DNA of 64,000 nt from assembly GCA_951406725.2 (NCBI GenBank), contig OX597821.1, positions 115,692,001-115,756,000 on the forward strand, written 5' to 3'. Position numbers and translations under genes: made by a program. Positions 1 to 11,398 of the stretch are shown piece by piece (the first letter of the stretch is position 1; every line of letters starts with the position of its first letter). The notes beneath the pieces were generated by a model. It saw only the letters and a list, made by a program, of their open reading frames with translations, made no database searches and was not told where the DNA came from. This stretch comes from Octopus vulgaris (taxonomy: Eukaryota).

Positions 1-404
1 TTTGTGCCAATAAGCTTGTAGACGCCCCTCACCCTGTCTAGTTTGTGGTTGAAGAGGAGATAACAACTCCAACATGCTTGCATCCCAGTCAGGGCAGGTG
101 GTGCTGTGAGCTAATTTTAGTGTATTTACACCATTTGTCTATGACAAGAAATTTTGTCCATGACAAAACTCAGTGAATGCCTTTCTTACAGGCTTGAATA
201 TGTTCCAAACATATTTGAACTGGTAATAACCTTGTATTAGTAATATTAGGATTGTTTCCATTGATCCATTGATTATGGCCTGCCTTTTTGCCTTTATTAA
301 TTTTGTACCTAATCAAAAGAAATCAGTGTTTAACCTTTACAAACAAAATTTTTGTAACATGATCATGTTCTTTTATTTCTTTCTTGTGATAAAAGGGCAT
401 ATAG

Positions 405-580
405 ATGGAGGTGTGCCTGGATGGTGAGAAGCTTGCTTCCCATCAACATGGTTCTATGTTCAGTCCCATTGCATGGCACCTTAGGCAAGTGTTTACTATA
501 GTCTCTAGTCTTGTGAGTGGATTTGGTAGATGGAAACTGAAAAGAAGCCTATCATATATATATATATATGTGTATATATA
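405..580 (+). mobile_element. Decayed tRNA-derived SINE (family A), 5' half
   Basis: Matches the adjacent copy at 585-748 (ggttc.atgttcagtccca..gc..ggcacctt.ggcaagtgt...gtgagtggatttggtaga.ggaaactgaaa) and ends in (TA)n. Confidence 0.75.
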
Positions 581-584
581 TGAT

Positions 585-748
585 AGGCGTAGGAGTGGCT
601 GTGTGGTAAGTAGCTTGCTTATGAACCACATGGTTCCGGGTTCAGTCCCACTGCGTGGCACCTTGGGTGAGTGTCTTCTGCTATAGCCTCGGGCTGACCA
701 AAGCCTTGTGAGTGGATTTGGTAGACAGAAACTGAAAGAAGCCTGTCG
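585..748 (+). mobile_element. SINE family A, 5' half (split by an RTE insertion)
   Basis: ggcgtaggagtggctgtgtggtaag A-box-like head, ggttcagtccc B-box-like motif; same family as 12335-12725, 50820-51210 and 59520-59915. Confidence 0.85.
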
Positions 749-778
<30 letters not shown>

Positions 779-779
<1 letters not shown>

Positions 780-1965
780 TTCCGCTATCTAGGTGACCAA
801 GTCAGTAGTGGGGGTGGGTGCGCTGAAAGTGTAACTGCTAGAATAAGAATAGCCTGGGCAAAGTTTAGGGAGCTCTTACCTCTGCTGGTGACTAAAGGCC
901 TCTCGCTCAGAGTAAAAGGCAGACTGTATGATGCATGTGTACGAACAGCTATGCTACATGGCAGTGAAACATGGGCCGTGACTGCTGAGGACATGCGTAA
1001 GCTCGTGAGGAACGAAGCCAGTATGCTCCGATGGATGTGTAATGTCAGTGTACTTACTCGACAGAGCGTTAGTACCTTGAGAGAAATGTTGTACCTAAGA
1101 AGCATCAGTTGTTGTGTGCAAGAGAGACGATTGCGCTGGTATGGTCATGTGGCGAGAATGGATGAAGATAGGTGTGTGAGAAAGTGCCAATCCCTAGCAG
1201 TTGAGGGAACCCGTGGAAGAGGTAGACCCAGGAAAACCTGGGACGAGGTGGTAAAGCACGACCTTCGGACGTTAGGTCTCACCATGGAAATGACTAGAGA
1301 CCGAGACCTATGGAAGTATGCTGTGCGTGAGAAGACCCGGCAAGACTAGTGAAGCCATAATCCGTGGCCCCTACCTGGGACGTAGTCAGTCCACCTGTGC
1401 ATACCTTCCTTCTTGTGACACTTGTGAAGACCTGTTGAGGCAAGTGAGAATCGTATCGAATCAAATCAAATTGAACCAAATCAAAATAGATGAACATCAA
1501 TGGAATTTGTATCCTTGTGGTACCAGTGCCGGTGGCACATAAGAAAACCATCCGAACGTGACCGTAGCCAGTACCGCAACGACTGGCCTCCGTGCTGAGG
1601 GCACGTAACAAACACCATCCGAGCGTGGCCGTCCGCCAGCCTCGTCTGGCACCTGTGTCGGTGACACATAAGAAAACACCATCCGAGCGTGGCCGTCAGC
1701 CAGCCTCGTCTGGCACCTGTGTCGGTGGCACATAAAAAACACCATCCGAGCGTGGCCGTCTGCCAGCCTCGTCTGGCACCTGTGTCGGTGGCACATGAAA
1801 TCACCCACTACACTCTCGGAGTGGTTGGCGTTAGGAAGGGCATCCAGCTGTAGAAACACTGCCATATCTGACTGGCCTGGTGCAGCCTTCGGGCTTGCCA
1901 GACCCCAGTTGAACCGTCCAACCCATGCTAGCATGGAAAGCGGACGTTAAACGATGATGATGATA
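779..1965 (+). mobile_element. 5'-truncated RTE-clade LINE (RT C-terminus plus 3' UTR, (GAT)n tail)
   Basis: ORF 708-1349 contains FRYLGD, RIRIAWAKFREL, LYDACVRTAMLHGSETW, RLRWYGHVARM and RGRGRPRKTW, typical of the RTE ORF C-terminus; ends aaacgatgatgatga and sits inside a (TA)n tract. Confidence 0.92.
1611..1800 (+). repeat. Three tandem ~63-bp units inside the RTE 3' UTR
   Basis: aacaccatccgagcgtggccgtc.gccagcctcgtctggcacctgtgtcggtg.cacat starts at 1611, 1675 and 1738. Confidence 0.9.
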
Positions 1966-2190
1966 TATATATATATGTATATGTATGTATGTTTGTGTGT
2001 CTGTTTGTCCAACCGATGGTGGTGTGTTTACGTACCCATAACTTAGCAGTTCGGCAAAAGAGACTGATAGAATAAGTACTAGGCATCCAAATGATTAAGT
2101 CCTGGGTTGATTTGCTCGACTAAAGGCAGTGCTCCAGCATGGCCACTGTTAAATGACTGAAACAAATAAAACAGTAAAAAAGAGAGTAAG
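1966..2190 (+). mobile_element. SINE family A, 3' half (continuation of 585-748)
   Basis: ggtgtgtttacgt...acttagcagttcggcaaaagagac...gctcgactaaaggc...atgactgaaacaa, the same order as the intact copy at 59520-59915. Confidence 0.85.
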
Positions 2191-2200
2191 AGCATATATA

Positions 2201-2252
<52 letters not shown>

Positions 2253-2328
2253 CACACACATGCACACAGGTCAAAAATAAGGAGTGCGTTGTGTTACAGG
2301 ACTAATATTTTCAGAAGTCAAACATGTA

Positions 2329-2522
2329 TAGTATAAACAAACGAATGGAAAGATATATACTAAATGCATAGATGAATGGAAAACAAACACACAAGGTCAC
2401 CAGTTTCTTGGTACTTTGGTCAGTAACTGATGAGGAATTGGTGGACCATCTGTGTTTGTTTTCCCTTCATCTATGCATTCAGTGCATTTAGTATGTCTTG
2501 CCATCTACTTGTTCATTACTAT
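2329..2522. repeat. Imperfect inverted repeat (~85-bp arms, short spacer), probably Penelope-derived
   Basis: taaatgcatagatgaatggaaaacaaacacac is mirrored by tgtgtttgttttcccttcatctatgcatt; the spacer contains ctgatgagg. Confidence 0.7.
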
Positions 2523-2529
2523 ATGTATA

Positions 2530-2765
2530 TACGTATATATATGTATGTGTGTGTGTGTCTTTGTTTGTCCCCCCCACCCCTATAGATGGTGTTAGTGTGT
2601 TTACGTTCCCATAATTTTGTGGTTTGGCAAAAGAGACTGATAAAATAAGTACTAGGCTATAAAAAGATAAGTCCTGGGGTTGATTTGTTTGACTAAAACC
2701 CTTCAATGCGGTGTTCCTGCATGGCCACAGTCCTATGATTGAAACAAGTACAAGAATAAAAGAAC
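2530..2765 (+). mobile_element. SINE family A, 3' half, decayed
   Basis: Same 3' motifs as 1966-2190. Confidence 0.75.
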
Positions 2766-3085
2766 TTCCTTATAACATTTCCTTACATTTTCTGCTGCTT
2801 CTGTTTGCTTATATTCTCCCTGAAGAGACAAAGACCAATTTTATTAAAGCTAAGTATTTAAGAGAAACCATTTAGTACTTAAATACCTAATTTTAGCATA
2901 TTATTAAAACTATTTCATACATTTGTCTTCTAATTGAAATAAGATTGATAATGCAATAATTATTATAAAGGATACAAACTTGCAAGTTGCAGTATATTGC
3001 TATTACAGAATTGCATGCACAACTTTGTGTGTACATGCAACCATGCACACATATCATTAATAAGTTTCAGCCTGAAGTTTAGCTA

Positions 3086-3226
3086 TAAGGTTGTCCCAAA
3101 AGTTCATAGAAAGTCTTGGAAAATAATGGTCTTTATTTTGAGGAATAATTTTTGTTGTTTTTGTTAGTACTTGGCGAGTAAAAATTCAATTTTCGCAAGT
3201 GTTTACGAACTTTTGGGACAACCTAA
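3086..3226. mobile_element. Tc1/mariner-type MITE (~140 bp)
   Basis: TIR aggttgtcccaaaagttc / gaacttttgggacaacct, flanked by TA on both sides. Confidence 0.8.
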
Positions 3227-3336
3227 TATATCATAACAGTTTATTTACTGCATAGTCAGAAGTCATCAGTCATATTCTGGTGCGATGCTTCATTTTTGAA
3301 TACATTGTATAAACTCTTTCGTTTATTATCTGTCTT

Positions 3337-3565
3337 AAGGTGGCGAGCTGGCAGAAACGTTAGCATGCTGGGCGAAATGCTTAGCAGTATTTCGTCTGCT
3401 GCTATGTTCTGAGTTCAAATTCCGCTGAGGTCGACTTTGCCTTTCATCCTTTCGGGGTCAATTAAATAAGTACTAGTTACACACTGGGGTCGATATAATC
3501 GACTTAATCCGTTTGTCTGTCCTTGTTTGTCGTCTCTGTGTTTAGCCCCTTGTGGGTAGTAAAAA
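3337..3565 (+). mobile_element. SINE family B (aaggcggcgagctggcag head), CpG-decayed
   Basis: Aligns end to end with the copies at 51908-52141 and 57539-57772; central gcctttcatcctttcggggtc resembles the Deu/Nin SINE domain (inference); A-rich tail. Confidence 0.88.
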
Positions 3566-5542
3566 AAAAAAAAAAAAATTATTATGTCTTGGTCATAGAT
3601 GTTAGGTCTTTTTCTCACTCATTTGCCCTTTATAACAAACAACTTAGTAGTAATAGTAACTGTAGTTGCTAAGAAGCTTGAATGTTAATGTATTTATGGC
3701 CTAGTGGTTAAATAGTTTACTTTGCAATCAACTGGCTCTGGATTTAATTTCATTGCATGGTATCTTGAGCAAGTGTCTTTTACATTAGCTTCAAGTTAAT
3801 TTGATAGATAGAAACTTGGAATGTTGTCATTTAAAAATAAGTAAATGGGGAAAAAAACAAAACAAGCTAGATGTTAGTTTTTCTGAAAGCACTGGGTCTG
3901 AAGATTACAACTTGCTATAATGACCTGCTGCTTCATACTATTGTGACCCATGAGTTGTGATTTCTTCCTTCTTTACTCTCACCAATCTCAGAGGTCACAG
4001 GTATTGCTTTTCGTCCCCTGAAAAAAAAAAATTTTTATAAACATTATATAGATATTTTATATTTAAAGATATAATTTAATCATTTACTACTATATGTGTC
4101 TAAAATGTGTGCCAGTCATTTTAACAGATAAATTTCAAATGACTTTTCAAAACAAAAATATATTACATAAAATGTTCATTTCTTTTGATTTTGGTCTGGG
4201 TTTGGTTCACTTGTTGAATTTGTGTTTTCGTTTTAACCATAGATGTCACATATGTGAAAAACGTCGAATGTATTAATTTTCATAAAAAAAAAAAATTTAA
4301 TTGAAATTTATTATAATGAAAATGTGTCCAGTTGAAATTGATGAATGAATTATCTCCCTTAGCCTGTTTTTCAAGTTTTCTGCAGAAAATTGACATATTT
4401 AATATTTAGATTTTCTTTGACAAAATATGCATGCACCATGTTCTGTCCTACAAACTATGATGGTAGAACAGCTTGAAGGAAGGTTAATAAGAATATTTAG
4501 GAATAGGAAAAATAGATTGTATATAGAGGAAGTAAGCACAAATAAAAAGTTGGCTTTGGGATGTGTTTAAAGAACATGATCTCGGGTCAGAATACACTGT
4601 TGCTACTAATTATATTTTAATAAGGCCACTGGCTATTTGCAACACTACTTACCTGATTAGGCTATTAATAAGGCCAAGGAAGGCTGAAATCATGTGATCT
4701 GATAGTCCTGGAAGCTATGGCAGATGATTATCTCCTGCCAGTGATGCAAACATCAGTGCTTATATGCACCACAAGTCTATATGAGAGGTTCTCTCATGAT
4801 AACTATTGCAGTATTCTCTGTTCTAACACAACGTCCACTTTTCATCATCATCATTGTTCGACCGTGGTCGAGACTTTCATAGTCTTTTCAAATGGCTAAT
4901 AATGTGTGCTCGCGCCACTACTACACACATTGGAAAGCATTGTACAACCAAGTACTAAAGAAGATCTTTCCTCCTCCATGAAACAAAGCTGTTCCCGCTG
5001 GACGTCAACCCAGTATTTCTAAGCTACGGACCCTTTTACGTGGGGATAAATATTACTTTTTGCATTATAACATAACTGGTACATCAAATCTAGGTGTCAC
5101 ACTCCTCCAGCATTAAATGAACGACCTTTATTTAGATACTTTCTTAAGTAAGGCTCATCAGAGCTGTATATAGCAATAGCAATCAAATTCATAGATAACA
5201 TTTTGACTGAAGCTTAATTTGTTTCTTTATTCTCCAAAATTGCGGAAGGTGTGGTAGAACATGCAATTGAAATTCAATAAAGAAAAATTCTGGACTATTT
5301 TTATTGATTTAGATTTTTTTTTATAATTGTATTTCAGTTTCAGATTAAAAATTTGATCATCATTAGTCTGAAAGTGGTTCACTATTTTCTTGGTTAAATT
5401 ATTTTATTATCACTTTGTGTTATTTAGTAAATTTTATCTGATATTATTTATGCAGCTTACAATACAACACACATGCGGAATCAACTCAATCTTGTCTTCT
5501 TAGTACACACATTATTTTGGCCTCTTTGAATCCCATCAAAAC

Positions 5543-5616
5543 TTTGTTCTTACCTATGTAATTAGGACTATTTGACATTGTTCTTACCTATGTAATTGGG
5601 ACTATTTGACATTGTT
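5543..5616. repeat. 34-bp tandem duplication
   Basis: ttgttcttacctatgtaatt(a/g)ggactatttgaca occurs twice in tandem. Confidence 0.9.
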
Positions 5617-5648
5617 TCTAGATATTTTAATTTCAAATTGACATTCCC

Positions 5649-5686
5649 TGCTAGCATGGAAAACGGACGCTAAACGATGATGATGA
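5649..5686 (+). mobile_element. ~40-bp extreme 3' stub of the RTE LINE
   Basis: tgctagcatggaaaacggacgctaaacgatgatgatga matches 1926-1963; attccc appears on both sides. Confidence 0.75.
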
Positions 5687-6526
5687 TTCCCATGCCAGAG
5701 TAATTCTTCAATAATGTGATTTATAAAAATCCTTTTCAGGATTTTGTAGATATTCTAACTCTTCATTGAACAGTTATTCCTTAAATATATTGTATTTTGT
5801 TAGAGGAATGACTAATAAATTGAATGTTATTTTTTATCTGATGTGTTAGATTTGTGTCCACTGCTCTCTGAACATATTTAGTATAAGACTTTTAACATGG
5901 CTGACATTCCTAAAGCTTAGATATTTTTTGTATTTTTAAATTCTAACCATTTTATGACTGACTGATGCATCTATATATAGTAAAGAAGACTGAACTAGTT
6001 TTGTGAAACATAGACTGCAAATTAATGGTTTTATTAAAATTCCACAACAAAAATATGTGAATTTTATTATACATGTAAAAGTATAAGTCTTGAACAGATT
6101 AGTCATCTTAGTGCAAACATGGTTGTCTAATAAGTGACGTTAGTTACTTTGTTAATAAATGGTCACTTTTTCCAAAATACAGTAAGCAACATATATCTAT
6201 TGATTAATTTTGAGGAATATTCTTAATTCTATTTATTTCTGTTTTTCTTTCAGTGACCTGATAGAGCCAGGATTTGATTCCTTTCACATCTGCAGCCATT
6301 ATGAACATCTGTTGCTAAATTAATTTTTTTTTTTCTTAAAATTAAAATAATTTCTATAATATTCTGTTTTAACTTATTCAATTTCTTGCTTCATTGTAGC
6401 TATATCTTTTGTTTTGTTCATTGAAATAGTTGAAATCTTTTACTTGTAATATCCTGTTCTGCGGGATTGTTGGGGACCGCTTGTGAAATCCACATATTCC
6501 CACGAAACTTCTTCCATGAATTCTCA

Positions 6527-6699
6527 ATGGCGAATACAATGGCAACATCGGCCTGCGCCAATGGAACCATGACTAGCTCGCTATCTCCAGTGAACTGGCG
6601 CAGGACCGTCGTGCGTGGGCTGTCATGGTTCAAGATGCCTCAAGGGTGGTGGAAGAAGCCGTCTCAACCCGCCCAGGGTGAATGTCACCACATGTACAA
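6527..6699 (+). CDS. Putative first coding exon of an unidentified host gene (exon ~6400-6699)
   Basis: Pyrimidine-rich acceptor tttcttgcttcattgtag ends at 6399; in-frame stop at 6431, then ATG at 6527/6539; reads MANTMATSACANGTMTSSLSPVNWRRTVVRGLSWFKMPQGWWKKPSQPAQGECHHMY; consensus donor AA|gtaagt at 6700 (phase 2); GC- and CpG-rich relative to the flanks. Product not recognised. Confidence 0.6.
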
Positions 6700-6949
6700 G
6701 TAAGTCCTGTTCTGGGAGAAAGAATTACTCCTGAGCAAATTCAAAAACACCCAAACTTTGATGTGGCTGTACTAATAGTACATAATCATTTTGAAATTGT
6801 GCTGATAAAAATCATCAATTTCTCAGTTTTTTCTATGCTGGTTTGCATTGGACTAATCTGGAATACACTGTCTGTCCATGGGTTGCACAGATTTGGTATA
6901 AAGTGCCATTTCTATGAGGCCCTTTACAGATCACATCAGTAGTGAACAT

Positions 6950-8830
6950 CAATGACTCTAAAGGATATGTTGGGTAACACTATAGTTCAAATTTTCATGT
7001 ACAAGAGATTATTCATGAGGAATGAAAAACCGATCTTGGCTCTTGGAAATCTGTGATGCAAATAACCTAACCAGTTGCAATACAACTAAAAGATACTGCT
7101 AGCCATAGGTTCAGAGAAGGTCTAGGTAACTATTATGTTGAGAAAGTGGAGATAGTGAATAATAACATAGAGACAACAGGTTGTCTCTTAAGAACTGGAG
7201 TTTTCAAGAGACCAAATTATCTGTTGTTGGAACAAAGTACTAGCCAGACAGAAGGTGATATGGTGGTTGAATGGTACAGTAGAGAGAACTGTAAAAGCCA
7301 AAGGACAGGCCTGGTATCAGGTATTTAGAAATTAAGATATCATACAGCAGACAGCTGGTATATAGAGCATGACAAGAAGCAGAAAGTAAGATGTTTACTT
7401 ATGCTATTTGATCAGAGATTTAAAGTCAACTGGATTGCAAAGCAGTGTGTCAATATGAATTGAGATGTTGAGGAAAAGTCTGTTGAGAATGAGAGCAGTT
7501 CACTGACACTCTGAAGAAAATGACTTGGAAACATTATAGAAGGAGTTATTATTGACTGTTGAGGATGCCTGGGAGAAAAAGAGACTACTCCAAGTAAACA
7601 CAACAGAAGGTATGTTCTAGAAAGAAACAGCTATGGATGCATCAAGCAGATGGAGAAGTTTTGAAAGTATTTGTCAAGAAATAGTGCCACTGGCACTCTC
7701 TTCACAGTCAGACAACTGCAAGGAACAAGTCACTGAGATTGAAGGGGCCCTTGACAGGGTGCCACACATAGTTGTTGAGAAAACTAGGTGTGGGAGTTGA
7801 GTCATTTATAGAGATGCCATTAGCAAAGTGAGAGATGGCAATGAGTTCAGCAAGGAATTTAGTGTGTATCAGAACTTGGTTTTCACTCCACTTTCTGGTT
7901 ATAGCTTTTCAAGCCATAACAAGAATTGTATGTCATTGGCCTAGGGAAGAAGGCTATTGGCTTGTGACTGAATCTGTCGACTTGAAGAATTCTAAATATC
8001 GCTGCAAAACCTGGAATCAAGAGGCTTCAAAGTTAACTGAATCAAGTTTTAATTAATAGGGAAGAAGACAGAACTGTATAACTACCTGAAAAGTGCCCTG
8101 CTCAGTATGTAGAAATAGAATAAGAATAATTCCATATGGTATACTAAATGCAGTGAGATCACAAGCAGACTAACAGAGAAGGACTATTTTGTGTGCATAG
8201 GCATGGAAGTAGTTTGCAGTGAGAACACTTTTGAAGTTCCATCAAATGTTAGGAATATCCCATAGAATTAGTTAATAGCTTCTCTTACCTAGATGACTTA
8301 AAAACAATGGAGATGAGTTCTGTTGCTAGAGTAAGAACCAAGAAGAAAGGTTAGGGAGCTTTTACCTCTGCTGGTAACAAGGTTCATTTTAAGTAAAAGC
8401 TAGCTTGATTGATGCTTTTGTAAGAATTGTGATGTTACATGGTAGTGAGATGTGGGCTTTGGGTGCTAAAGTTGTGTGAGGGCTAGTAAGAAATGAAGTG
8501 AATATGCTCTGATGGATGTATGTTGTTGTACATGAACAATGAAGCACGTACGAGCTGAGGAGGTGGTGGAAAAAACCCCCTGCTGGAATCAGATATAATG
8601 CAAAAGAAACTACACTAGTATGAATGTGTGATGTGTATGGTGGATGACATTTCAGTAATGAAGTGTCAAGTAATACAAGTTAAAGAAGGAATCTGCAAAA
8701 GGGAAGCTGATCTCAGGATATTGGACCTCATGAAGGAGTTCTGTGACAAGTGGTGTCATGCTGCACTAGAGATGACCTGTCCAGCCCATACTAGCATGTT
8801 AAAATGGACATAAAAGTAATGATGATGATG
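6950..8830 (+). mobile_element. Highly degenerate RTE-clade LINE
   Basis: 8350-8520 parallels 860-1040 (gttagggagcttttacctctgctggtaac; gttacatggtagtgagatgtgggc); DLEKAFDRVP-like remnant near 7735-7765; ends atgatgatgatg. Confidence 0.75.
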
Positions 8831-9104
8831 GCTAGTGGCTAAAGAAGTCGGCTCTCTAGATTCTGGGTGCTTTTTCAATGCTGTTTTGTTTCAGATTACT
8901 ATTTTTCCTGTGATGGTTTACATCAGTCTTTGGTATATGTGTTAGTCATGGTAGTTCCAGCATGTAGCAGTGTTAAATTTTTTTATAAGCTGTTGATTTG
9001 CTGCTGGAAAAACATGCTTTGGAATGAATGAAAAGGATAATGGTCTTTTATTTTTGTGGATTATTTTATAAATCAAGAAATAAAATTTATGTATTATGGC
9101 CACA

Positions 9105-9340
9105 ATTGGTTGGTGCATTTTATGTGCCACCGACATGGAAGCCAGTCAAGGCGGTGCTGGCATCGACCACATTTGGATGGTGTTTTTTACATGCCACCGG
9201 CACAGGGATCACAACTACCGTTTCCATTGATTTTTGATGTTGATGTACTTCACTCAATAGGTCTCCTCAAGCACAGGGTTGAAACGGTCTTTCTTTACCT
9301 GCCACCTGCACAGGAGTCAGTCCAGTGGCACTCCTGTGCA
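9105..9340 (-). mobile_element. RTE 3' UTR fragment
   Basis: Reverse complement resembles 1430-1620 (catcaa..aatggaa...gtgccggtggca). Confidence 0.65.
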
Positions 9341-9589
9341 GCTAATAGTTTGATAGTTTTCGACATTTTGAAATTTCGTTAGATTGCTTTTCCTTGAGTT
9401 GGCATTTCTAGTATCTGCTTAAGTACTTTCTTGAAGACATTGCTATTCCTCTTGGGGCCTAGACCTCTGTGAAAAAAAAATTGGGGTAATATTTTCATTA
9501 GCCACAACGAGACAGAGATCAATCAAGATAATCATAACTTAATATATAGTCATAAATGAAGAATTGTTCATTTTATACGAGGTGATATT

Positions 9590-9790
9590 CGCGTCAGTGG
9601 TTGAAGTTGATAGTTTCCAGTCAGTGTTTTGTCTTCAATGCTGGTTTCTCTTTCTGTAAACTTCTTCAAACATCTGTGCATATTGCTCTTGCCAAATAGT
9701 GTCATTTCTGTAAACAACCTGCAGGCTTCTGCAGATTTTGGACAGTCTGCACTCCTTCATCAAGAACTCAATGACTACATGTTGCTCCTA
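9590..9790 (-). pseudogene. Degenerate mariner transposase N-terminus (HTH region)
   Basis: Manual translation gives EQHVVIEFLMKECRLSKICRSLQVVYRNDT / KSNMHRCLKKFTERETSIEDK, similar to mariner EQRxVIxFL...VYGxD...KFKxGxxSIED. Confidence 0.55.
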
Positions 9791-10269
9791 CTTAGGCCTC
9801 ATTATTTGCTTGTAATGCGGAACAGAAAGAACAATTACTATAGAGAAAGGGTTACTTTACCATCGTGTGCGATTTGAATGATCCAGATCAGTTAGTTATA
9901 TCCTCTTTCCCATTACTTTCTGCTATGCAAAAGTGGGCATATATATATACACACACACTCTAGCAGTTGCTTGTATGAAACAGGTATGATGTAGGACTAA
10001 ATAAATCCTGGGGCTGTGATTTCTCGGCAACCCAGAAAAACATATGACAACACGTTGTTATATGAATGTATATTTTTTCCAGCAAGCTATTTCCTATTTG
10101 AGTAACATCAAAGTACCTAAGAATATTTGGTGTAGGAGGATGTCATTTGTCGAGTTTTGCTTTTCAATGAAAACAGTTTATGGATTTCGATTCAGCAAAC
10201 CATCTGCAACCTTTGTAATATGAGCAAAGATTGTCAGAGAGACTCTCTGCATTTTGTGGGTCTGTTTGC

Positions 10270-10620
10270 GAAGACCTGTTGAGGCAAGTGAAATCGAAAT
10301 CGAAATTGCTCAAAAATCAATGGAAATTGTAGTAGTGTAGTGGCTGTAAAAGGCCCAGTCTAATCTGGCAGTTTTTCTACAGTTGGATGCCCTTCCTAAC
10401 GCCAACCACTCCGTGAGTGTAGTGGGTGCTTATTACGTGCCAGACGAGGCTGGCCACGATCGGTTGGTGCTTTTTACGTGCCATCAGCATGGAGGCCAGT
10501 CAGGGCGGTGCTGGCAAAAGCCACGTTCGGATGGTTCTCTTACATGCCACCAGCACTGGTATCACAACTATAATTTCCATTGATTTTTGATCGATTTCGA
10601 TTTCACGTGCCTCAACAGAG
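10270..10620. mobile_element. RTE 3' UTR fragments in fold-back arrangement
   Basis: ctgttgaggcaagtgaaatcgaaatcga...caaaaatcaatggaaatt (10276-10330) is inverted at ~10563-10618. Confidence 0.7.
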
Positions 10621-11107
10621 AATCATATTCTCTACACCTACATACGTATTCAGACATTTGCTTCAGTTATTTTGCTCTGGTTTTCTCTGATTTAGTTGTT
10701 TTTCTTTCTCTTTGCTGTCATCTGTTCCGTTTCGCTCTCATATTTTTGAACTACCTACGCTGAACAAAAAAATTCTAATTTGGAAATAAATAGACCAATA
10801 TGTATTATTGTATTGCAATCAATATGTTATCTAACAGTTAGCGCAAAGTTGACTTAAGAACAAAAAAAAAAAATCCAGAGGCTTTCATTATTCAAAAGAT
10901 CCTGGTTTGAACATTTCTGTATCACAGAATGAAACTGGAAATAAAAAATTTTGACATGACAAATAGATATAGTGTAGACATTTCACAAATACTCTCAAAG
11001 TATCTCAAAGAAAAACTTTGTAATCACATATTTTTAATGAAAACAATGGCAATAGAGGCAATAGAGAAGGAAAGAAATGGAAAGAGAGAGGGATAGAGAG
11101 AGAGAGG

Positions 11108-11138
<31 letters not shown>

Positions 11139-11398
11139 CTAGAGTGTTGTAGGGAAAGAAAGTGAAAATAACTGTGCAGAATAAAGATGAAAAGTATTAT
11201 AGGAAATAACAAGAAAGGATTCAAATGTGTGAGAGAGAAGATTCAGTTGGCCTTCTCTCCCTTTGCTGTTGTGCTTTTACTGTCAACCATTCTGTTTCAG
11301 CTGCATATTCTTTGGAGACCCATGTTGAAAATTCTAATCCAAAAGCAAATAGCGCAGTATGTGTATTGTATCATATGCATTGTAATCAATATATTATT

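Noticed and set aside
708-1349. 213-aa ORF as a host gene
   Set aside because: Chimera of SINE, (TA)n and a truncated RTE ORF.
1611-1800. Regularly spaced repeats resembling a CRISPR array
   Set aside because: Contiguous tandem units with no unique spacers, inside a LINE UTR; no cas genes; eukaryotic context.
9380-9470. RGLGPKR on the minus strand resembling ribosomal protein S6
   Set aside because: Similarity is limited to a few residues and the following sequence does not match.
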